Shown in pieces: positions 9,418 through 19,800 of a stretch of DNA of 32,777 nt (the first letter of the stretch is position 1; each line of letters opens with the position of its first letter). The notes under the pieces are model-generated. The model saw only the letters and a program-made list of their open reading frames with translations, made no database searches and was not told where the DNA came from. Source of the DNA: Azolla caroliniana (Eukaryota > Plantae > Polypodiophyta). The DNA is taken from positions 1 through 32,777 of the forward strand of contig JBHGNT010000346.1 in the NCBI GenBank assembly GCA_043228905.1, read 5' to 3'. Position numbers and translations under genes: made by a program.

Positions 9418-12400
9418 ATGATTCCGCTGCCATTGACGCAGCTTCTGGAGCATTTCTCTCAGATTTCAGACGCATCGAACCATGTGCCTGTTTGCCATGG
9501 ATGTTTTCTTCAGCTATCCTCCTTCTTTAAGAGAATCTCATCTGTCCTCAAAGAGGTCCAAGAAGGTTCTAGAATGGGTTCAGCCCCTTTGCAAACCATA
9601 ATACCCCTTCTTGAAGCAGAGTTAAAGAATGCTGAGCAGCTTATCAGCATTTGTACAAGTAAGAGTAGATTCTATGTGCTCCTCAATGGCCCTTCATATG
9701 CCAAATGTATTCAAACTATACTTGGGTCTTTGGGACAAGCTCTTCTTCGCATTTCGTCATCATCAGATGGAATGGAGATTAGCCCAAAATTAAAGAACAA
9801 GATTAAACTTCTCTGTAACGATTTGCAATCAGTGCAGATTAGGGTGTCAACAGCTGAGGAAGATCTAATGGATGAGATTCAACTTAATGCAAGGAATCAA
9901 CAAGCAGATAACAAATATTCAAATGAACTTCTCCTTAAGATTGCTACATTGGCAGGGGTCTCTTCTGATCCGAGTTCCTTAAGACATGAATATAATGAGT
10001 TAAGAAAAGAGAGAGAAAATTTAGAGCTTGATAAACAAGAAACTGAGGCTGTTCGCATTGGACGAATCCTCTCTCTACTTCGCTTTGCGGATGAATTGAG
10101 TATCATAATAGAGAGAGAAAAACACTACCAAGACCAAAGGAGCTGGCTAAATGGTCACATTCTACCACCCCTTCAAACCTTTTATTGCCCTATAACACAA
10201 GATGTGATGGAAGAACCGGTTGAAATTGAATCTGGATACACATTTGAGATGTCAGCCATACAGAAGTGGTTTCAGGAAGGTCATTCGGTGTGTCCTGTAA
10301 CAAAGAGAGAACTTCAAAGCTTATCAATGAAGCCCAATAGGCTATTGAAGCAATCTATAGAGGAATGGAAAGAGCGTAATGCAATGATGAAGGTAACAGC
10401 AGTAGCCTCACGTCTCAAATCTGTGGATGAAAAAGAGATTCTTGAAGCTTTGCTTGAAATCCAAGACATGTGCGAAGAGAGGCCCGTGGCTAAATATTGG
10501 GTTACTGCTGAAGGTCTGATTCCGGTATTGGTGGGCCTTCTTAAATCAAATAAACGAGACCTCCGGAGAAAAACACTCATAACTTTGAACTCGCTTGTAG
10601 CAGATCATTCAGAAAACAAGGTAAGGACAAACATGTTCTTATTTGTAAGCTTGCATTTTTGTGTGTTAGAGTGCATGGGCCCTGTCTGAGCATCTTCATG
10701 GGAGAAGACATTCTTTATGCATGTGAATTTGCTACATGCAACTATGGTCCAACATTTGATATGATCACATGGAGAATTTGCCCATCCTTCGAATCAACAA
10801 TTGCAAGAAATCTTAGATATTTTTCAAACGTTGTGGATTAGGACCTTCAATGATCATTGAGAAGACATGTCTTTATTATCATAGAATGTGCTACATGCAT
10901 TGTATGGTCGAACATTTGACATGGAGGGAAAACACAGTCATCATCTGAACCACAAGAAGTCTTAGGCATTTTTTCTCAATATGAAGAACCTACATTAGGA
11001 CTAGTGTTGTGAACCCATTTTGGGGTGGTGAACCATAAAGCAAGCATCTTTATTAAAAGTACATCTTTTATTTATTTACTCATGTTAAAATGTATATGCA
11101 CTGTATGATTGAATATTTGGCGTTGGTGCTGGGAGAGCATAGACATCCTTTGTGTTGACAATCACAAGAAGTGTTAAGGAATTTTCTCACTAAAATTCTC
11201 ACATTGCAGTTTATCACTTGTTCATGAAAGAAGAATTTTTTTTTATGTGTGTGTGAACTTGTGGCACACATTCTACAATCAAACGTTTGACATGTGCAGT
11301 GAAAAGTGACCAAAGCATGATGCAGTACGGTTAAAAGGAAGCATTTTGTGGGAATATAGTCCAATGTACACTTTCTGCATTGTATAGGATGTGTACAGCT
11401 CAGAATCACATGATGCCCTTGGCCAAGCATCTTTATGAAATAGGACATGCTTTTTACTGCATGTACATGTGCCTCAATCACAAGAAGTGCTTTTATGCAT
11501 GGAAATGTGTTGTATGATCAAACGTTTGAATGTTCACATGGAGAACACTTGTCATTCCTTTGAAGAAACAACCACTAGAAGTCTTAAGACATTTTCTATT
11601 GTCGAACAAAGACAGAACTTTTATAGCCACGAATGTGCCACATGCATTGTCTGAATTAAAGCTTGACATACGTGAACCAAGAACATTTTGCTACTGTGAT
11701 TCCCACTTTACCTATTAGGACCAAACATTATACGCTTCTGTAGATGAGGTCGAGCATGTCTAGGTACAGAACATTGCTTGTAGAAACTCATAATGTTGAA
11801 CGCTTTATAGAAACATGAAGGGAAGTTGGCCTCACATTGAAAAAGTATAAAAAATGCCTAAAATATCTTATATTTTTTGGTGCATGTCTGATGCTATTAC
11901 TCATTTTCAGCAAAAAGTGTGTGATGCGGGAGCAATAGAATGTATTGTGCACTCCCTAGCTCGAGATGCAGGCGAGTCAAGACAAGCAGTTGCTTTACTC
12001 TTGGAACTTGCAAAAGAAGAAAGGTTATGCCATCAGATTGCTAAATCGCAGGGATGTATTTTGTTGCTGGTTACCATAGCCAATTCAGAAAATCCACATT
12101 CTGCTGCTGATGGAGTGGAGCTTTTGGAGCTATTTTCAAAGAGTGACATCAATGTTATTCTCATGGCAGAAGTCAATTATTTCAAACCACTCGTTCAATC
12201 TCTTGAGAAAGGTTTCTCTCTCTCTCTCTCTGTCTGATATTACACTAGAGGTTTTTGTTGCTCTCATTCTGCAATCCCGTGATAGAGGTTGCTCTTTTTC
12301 TTTCTCTTATTTTCTTGATCTCATTATGCATATATTAGAAGTAGCTCTACACATTGTTTGTTTGATGATGCCTTTCTACCTTTCTATTCATCTTAGGACC

Positions 12401-14551
12401 ATTCTTTGTATGATTGTTAATGCACTGTCATGGCACGTACCAGGCTCTTTTGGTTTATACATATAGCTGAATGGTTCTCATTATCTATCTCTTATAAGGA
12501 AGTGTAGTACAATACTTCCTAGATAGCACATGGCCTTATCTGGGGTTGGATGATGCCTGTGGATCAATCTGAATGCCTTCTTCACATGATTGTTTATCCA
12601 TCAAGAGAGGTTCAACATGCACACATACTTCTCCTTATTATTTCCCTTTTACCTCTTAACTATATGTCTGGGGACCTTTTTCCATGGTGAGGTTCTTCTT
12701 AAGCACTGTTTGGAGGAAGCTGTAGCACAGTGCTTTGGATCCATAACTATATCTGGATTCCAGAGGATGATTATCGGTCCACATAATCCTGTGAATTTCT
12801 AATTATAATCTTTATCATGACTTAAAAGTAAAGAATTTTGCTTGATAGAACAGGATAGACAGGTCATCCATATTCTTCGTACAAGGTAGTGATCTTCATA
12901 TATCTTGTATACTAAATTTATTAATGAAGCCTTAGCATTTTGGAGTCAGGCTTGATTAGTAAATAAAGTATATAAGATATTTAATGATCAAGCCTTAGCA
13001 ATTTGGAGACGAGAAGCTCATGTGGCCAATATTTCATTGTTTGTTGCAACAGGATCACTTGAAACTCAGGTCCTGATGGCAAATAAGTTGTCTGAAATGC
13101 AATTGTCAAATCAGAGCCGAACGTTTTTGGTTCAAGAGGGGGTTCTAGGTCCCCTAGTCAAAATGATCTCATCAGGGAACATGGAATGCAAGGTTGCAGC
13201 ATTAGGAGCCTTGCAAAACCTTTCCGTTTTAGAACAAAATAGAGATCTGATGATTAAAGCTGGAGTAATGGAACCCTTGTTGGATATCCTTTTCACAGTG
13301 AAATCTATAGGATCTACTATGAGAGAGCATGCGGCAGCCATAATCGCAAATTTATCAATGGCAAGTCAACCAATGAATATCGAGGATTTATGGGGTAACC
13401 AGAGGGATATTGATGAAACTATCCTAAAGCTCATTTCTCTTATAAATATAACAGGAACCAGTATACAAGGCCATATCCTCAAAGCCTTGAGTTACATCTG
13501 TAGTCATACCACTTCAGTGAGTCTAAGAGAGACTTTAAGAGGCAGTGGAAGCATTCAGTTGCTTATGAATTTCATGGATTCAGAGGACACCAAGGTACGT
13601 CTATATACATTAAAGCTCTTATGCTTCTTGACAAAAGATGGAGGGGCAGACACTTTAGCTGAGGAAATGACGCCTCATTTTTACAGCACTATTGTCAACA
13701 TTTTCTCATCTGAGTTGCTCGATGAAGAGAAAACAGCAGCCATGGGCATACTAGGGAATCTTCCTTTATATAACAAGCAAGTGACAGACAGGATGCTTGA
13801 AAAAGGAATACTCACTTCCATTGTGTCCATTCTTGATGCATTTGTCTCTCGAAGACAGGGGGCATCAAGTGTTCCGTTGGTTGAGAATGCCATGTGGACA
13901 CTTGTACGTTTCACGCTCTCGACAGACATACGGCTTCAAGAATATACTGCAAAACAGGGTATTGTTCCTTTATTGGTAAGCCTCCTCAAGTCTGGAACAA
14001 CTTTGGTTAAGAGTAGGGCAGCCATGTCATTGCAACAGCTTTCAGAAAATACTCGAAATCTAAGCAAACCAATGAAGAAGTCGGGCGGGTGGTGTTGTTT
14101 CTCAGGCGATCCTCGTCAATCTGGGTGCATTCTCCATGGAGGAGTCTGTTCTATACAGGAAACGTTTTGCTTATTGGAAGCAGGTGCATTGCCTCCACTT
14201 ATAAAAGCTTTGGATGATAAGGAAGATGAAAAAGATGAGGCTGTTCTAAGTGCATTGCTTACTTTTGTAAGTGACGAATTCTGGGAGAAGGGGTCAGATT
14301 TCATTGTTCAATATGGTGGTGTGAAACCTATAATTAGGAAGCTTAATTCGGAAAGTGTTGAAGTGCAAGAGAAAGCTTTGTTGATCTTGGAGAAGATTTT
14401 TAGGAAAGAAGAATACAGGAAGGAATTTGGGAGCATGGCTCAAATGCTTCTTGTCTCACTAACGCAAGACGGTGCAAATTTGATTAGACCTCTCGCAGCC
14501 AGAATACTATCTCATCTTAATATACTACATCCACAATCAACCTACTTCTGA
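9418..14551 (+). CDS. Plant U-box/ARM-repeat E3 ubiquitin ligase, PUB43/PUB44 (SAUL1)-like, with N-terminal UND-type helical domain
   Basis: Exons 9418-10620 (AAG|GTAAGG), 11911-12211 (TTTTCAG|...G|GTTTCT) and 13053-14551 (ACAG|GA...TGA): 3003 nt = 1000 aa + stop, phases consistent. U-box PPLQTFYCPITQDVMEEPVEIESGYTFEMSAIQKWF..CPVT..PNRLLKQSIEEW at ~10165-10370. ARM repeats follow (GCILLLVT, MAEVNYFKPL), then CILHGGVCS..TFCLLEAGA and the C-terminus LAARILSHLNILHPQSTYF typical of this subfamily. The start codon is the least certain part. Confidence 0.93.
10701..11670. repeat. Degenerate ~150-160 bp repeat family in PUB intron 1
   Basis: gagaagacat.ctttat...gaat.tgctacatgca...tatggtc.aacatttga.atg...caagaa.tcttag.att at ~10702-10825 and ~10860-10975. 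More diverged pieces at ~11240-11300 and ~11480-11670 share caaacgtttga, acaagaagtg and gaatgtgccacatgcattgt. Confidence 0.65.
12215..12231 (+). repeat. (TC)8 microsatellite abutting the PUB exon 2 donor
   Basis: G|GTTTCTCTCTCTCTCTCTCTGTCTG starting at 12211. Confidence 0.9.
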
Positions 14552-16617
14552 TGAATGCGTGTGTGAGTTCTCCTGCCTTACATGAAGTTAGAAGCTTCCA
14601 TTTCGGGAGTTTGGGACTTGTTTTATGCTCAACTCATTCATACGAATAAAAATGGTCGCCAAGCTTTCGTGCCTATTGACATGTTGTGATTTATTGCAGA
14701 TAGTCCTCGCATTTAACCTGGATGTGTTATTAGCTGATGACTACAATTTAAATCTTTTCTTTTGAATCAGTGTATATAATTTTGAAGTGCGAGTAAAAAT
14801 AGCTGAGATACTTTTCAGATACAACAAGTTGGTCAGTGGCTTACAAGCCTGATAACATTTACCATTATGGATGTAAATGACACAATGAATATGTGCAGTG
14901 GATGATTTGCCACTGGTATTATTTGAATTGGCAGTTCAGATTGCACAATGATGGGACAGAACATGCTTCATTTTCCCTGTTGTTGATTGATGATTGTTTA
15001 GATTTTCATTACCCACTTTTTACCTCAAATTTTGTTGCCCTCTAGCATGTGCTAATATTCTTGTTCAAATTTTGGTGTCAAACTCTCCAAGGAATTATGT
15101 AGAAAATTAACTCAAAGCATACTGAAGATTATTTATACTTTCAAGTTTTAGTCACTCACTTTACAAGATATATCCACTCTGCACGAGGGTTCACCACTAA
15201 ATGACATTTCATAAAGAATGATATCCACCCAAGACCATTAATAGGAATGGGCAGGAATTGAGTAAAGAAAACATAGAAGGGCTAAAGGAAAAGATACAAT
15301 ATTATCACCTTTGTGCTGTCACGTGACATCTTAAAGTAATATGCATAAAAACATTGCATTCTTTCAGATTGGGCTGAAAGGATCTAACATAATTGAATGA
15401 AGGAGCTACTTGTATGTCAATGTGATGAGTAGACTGGGTTGGGAATATACTCCTCAATTCCACAGATTTCTGATTGATTTGCTAAATAACCGATTTTACT
15501 GTGTCATGATAAGCCTATGTAGTTATCACTTCGCAGTTGAGAATGAGATTGCACAATTGTGGATATATACATATTCTTGGTCTGATTCATGTTGCTTGGA
15601 AGATATGAGGAATGAGGTTGGAGATATTTCTTAGAGTGATCAAGGGTATGAATTCATCCCCATTCTTAAGGGTCATCAGTGATATGCTTCACCTTGAGTG
15701 TGATTTGACTAATTGATTCATGTTTGAATCAATTCAGGGTGAAACGACTTTGATCCATCTTCAATAGACTTTTCTAAATTGACATGGTCAAAATCCTAGA
15801 AATTCTTGTAGATCCATCAGTTTGTTCCCCTCATCTTGAAGAGATACATAAAAGAAAAAAAGCAGATATCGGTCCATGGATGGTTTTTAAAATATCCGGT
15901 ATATAACATGTGAGAATGGGTCAGAGACATAGGAATAAATAAATAAACTCGCAATAGACCTTCAAATGCAAAATTTAGATCCAAGGATTTATGAGAATGA
16001 ATTTGTAGTAAGCTCCCAATAAACCAGGAAATGCAAAAAAAAAAAACACCATTAGGATTTATAATATCCAGCTGATATATAACCCCCAGCATGTGAGAAC
16101 AGGCCAAAGAAGAGGAAAGAAAGAACAGATTTCAACTCACGATTAACCTTTAAATGCAAAATTTTGAACGTTTCATACCACAGTAAACTGATTTCAGCAT
16201 CGTAGTTTGATATACTTCTGATGATTCTTTATTCATCACATTCTCTATTTTCTGTTCCTCCAGTAAATTAATTCATGGGATTTGAACCACAGCTTAATAA
16301 AAATAAGGTTTTACTTGGGTTTTCCTCAAAGCCAATATAATGATACAAATCATAAAATTTTGATGAAAGGTGAAAGAAGAGTCAGGAAAAACAAAAATCT
16401 TCTTACATACAGTTTCTCTTTCAAAAGCTAATAGAATATTACAAATGGTTGTGATTCTTTGAATGGAAGAAGAACCAAGGGTTCATTATGCATATACAGG
16501 AACAAATGTTACAAAGTTCACATGCTGCATAAGCTCAATGGTATCCATTATTGACCACACTAAAATTTGCATACAAATGGTACAGGATGGAAGATGATCG
16601 ACCGATCAATCATATCT

Positions 16618-16761
16618 TTGACATTATAACAGGATATAGGATAAGGGTTTAGGGTTAGGGTTTAGATGAAATCTAGACCATGATGACAAAATTGACATTA
16701 TAACAGGATTTAGGATAAGGGCTTAGGGTTAGGGTTTAGATGGAATCTAGACCATGATGAC
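16618..16761. repeat. 2 x 74 bp tandem repeat containing telomere-like repeats, just 3' of the SAC stop
   Basis: ttgacattataacaggat.taggataaggg.ttagggttagggtttagatg.aatctagaccatgatgac at 16618-16687 and 16692-16761. Confidence 0.93.
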
Positions 16762-16811
16762 TATATTTCAAACAAGAGATCGATTGAGAAAACATGTTCG
16801 AAGTATTTTCA

Positions 16812-19800
16812 TCATGATAATAAGAATTGCTGGAGCTCATTTTGGCCGAGTATCAATTCAGTCAAGTCACTGGCTTCCTCATCAAACTCTCTTACAACAC
16901 TCCCAAAGTCTTTTGCAATTGCATGGTAATCATTCATCGCAGCTTCCATCTCTTTCAATACACTCTCATCCTCTGTATCACGAATCTTATCCGGACAAAA
17001 ATATTCACAATCCTCAGACTCATCGGGAGCTGAGCTAAATGGATCTAAAGTTGTCGTCTGGAAGTTTTAAATAAATGCCAATCATCAAAAGATAAAGAAA
17101 GAAATCAGAAGTTAAAATTTCCAGGTCGATTTATTAAGTACCTCAAAAAATTGAGCATAATGCCGATTTGCTTCACTATCATCTACGGATCCTGGAAGAA
17201 GACCGCTGCCATACCAACCATCATCTTCAGTTGAAGCCCACTTAAAGTACCTATAAGAAAAAACAAAGTCATATTTATAAAACTTGGGTGAAACAATAAT
17301 GCAAAACAAATTCAAGCACTACTGCAATAGATTCAAAAATTCACAAACTACAATAGATTCACGATGGTCAGAAATTTAATGAGTTCTTCCGCTCAACATG
17401 AATTGGGATCCTCACTGCTTGATTATATATCAACTACTTCCAATGCTTACTGAAATGATACCTAATTGATCAATTGATATTACTCAGAAGGCTTATACAG
17501 AAAACCTAGAGGAGCAGAGACCTTTCAAAAACCTCCATCTCACAAAAGTTGTCTAACGCAAGAAGCCGATTCAAGTCCCTGCTTTGACGACACTCGGATT
17601 TCTTTTTTACATTTGGCAAAACATTGGCTCCGAGGAGCTTTTGTTTCCAAGGTGGTTCTTCGTGCTTACTTTGGCCATATAGCCAATTTGGGCTCTTCAA
17701 TTGAACCTCACTGCGAAAAATAATAAAAAGGCAAAGATAAGTGATGCACACAATATGGCCGCCTATGGTGTATTAGTAGAAGATTTTTAATAAGAAGATG
17801 AGCACCACCATCCATGAATAGATATAAATGGTGATGTTCTTCTTCTTCTACTGTGCTACTTATATATCAACTTACGCAGCATCTGGTGCAGTTATTGAGC
17901 TTTTTCCAGCCAGTTTGCTCTTAGCACCGGGTTCACTGCACATCCGGACATTTTTTATAGAACCACATGTAACTTGCATGAGTTTATCAAAGGATGTAAG
18001 CTTCACCCGCTGGCGGCTCTTATCGCCTCTTATATTATAATTGCTGCTATACAGAGCATTCACTGTTCTCCTCACTGGCATCCTAGTCTTGCCCACTTGT
18101 AATAAAGACCTTCATAAAATGTATAGCGTGGATTCTCAAAATATTAACGTATTAAAAGGGAAGAAAAGGAAAACACTAGAGAGAGGAAGAAGATAAGTAC
18201 ATTGGAGTTAATCCCACCCAAGAACAAAAGATTCATTTCTTCCCCTTATAAAACGAAACAAACAAAAATAATAAGGGAGAAAAAGACTATTCAGCCAGAA
18301 AATACTCATCTTCATTGGTCAAGTTTATATAATCAATCTGACTGAAGTCACAATTCTCCATTTGTAACTCAAGATCCCTAGTCTTGAAAAGGAGAAACAA
18401 AATATAAAAGGAAAAGCGAAAGGAAAAGAAAAGCTAAACTACTTTCGTTGCAGTAATGCGCATTAACAATGCTCTCCTTTGAAAATCTGGTTTCTAGCCT
18501 CCTCCAACCATCATATAAAGAAAGTAATATTATTTTCTATGAGGATATTGTTTAATATGCATCCATATCGAATCAAGGAAAGAATACTGCCTGTTAAAAA
18601 AGGATCACAGAAGTCATTAAAGGGACTTCCCTTGTTTTATTTTGACTAGAGGGCGAATCAACAGAAAAGACTTTGATGCCAATGCCAGATATGAACTTAC
18701 CAGGCTAGCATTCTCAAAACACAAAATCTGGCTTTTGCCTGTGCATTGAGATCCACTATATTATTCACTTAAGGCCTTTGTTCAGTGGGTTAAAGATTTT
18801 TCAAGATGCCCGTCAACAAATCTAGATACGAAGGCCATATCTATCTACCATGAAACTGGAATATACGGATGAACCTGTTGCATGTCTCATATGACATTCC
18901 AAGTCACCTTCATTAAAAGGTCACCGGAAAAAGGTAGGATGGTTGATATAAGCCAAAATGATTATTAAAACAGCACATCAGTATCAGCAATAAACTACAT
19001 GCAGCGCCTTGTATCAAGTATTGCTACCCAGCATCTGAGCAGGATATCTTAACCCAAAAAAAGACAAACCATAGATTATACATAAACAACTCCCTGGAAT
19101 ATACAGATGAAACTTCGAAGTCACTTTCATTCAAAGGTCACAAGAAAAAGATAGGATGGTTGGTATAAGACAAAGACTATTAAAACAGCATGTCAGTATC
19201 AGAAATAAACTATATGCAGTGCCTTATCCAAGTTTTGCTACCCAACATCTGAGCAGCATATCTTAGCCCAAAAAAAGAAAAAATCATAAATTAAGCATAA
19301 CCAACTCCCTCGATGTTCTGGCATCTCTTTGCTACAAGGGCATTCTCTCTGAACTATCAGCACTAGAAGAACACAAGGATCACTGGTAAGTACAGTCAAG
19401 AACAATTACATAATTATGTATATACATATTAAACGCATATATATACAAAGACATAGAGAGAAGAAAAGTATTAAAATTATCCTTGGGAAACAGATCTAGT
19501 AATTCACTAGTCTAGAATCAGCTCTATTACGAGCTTCAAAAATATTAAAGAAAAGGCATGAGCTTATGAATCACAAATAAATTCACAAAACAATCAAATG
19601 GGACTAGGGGGACAAGGAAATAGAAGATATATAGAAGTGCAGACTGTTAGACTTTTAAGTGATCCTCCATAGATTAAGATCATCATCTCCACGTGAATAC
19701 ACATACTGGTCACACACCATGTGAAAGTAGAGACAGGAAAGAAAGATAAGTGTGACTTATTCTATAGAACCTCCATGTGAAAAATGTAATCACCTATGAA

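Noticed and set aside
16754-17038. 94-aa His/Ser-rich + strand ORF
   Set aside because: Antisense shadow of the acidic last SAC exon (17057-16812), which the ORF track missed.
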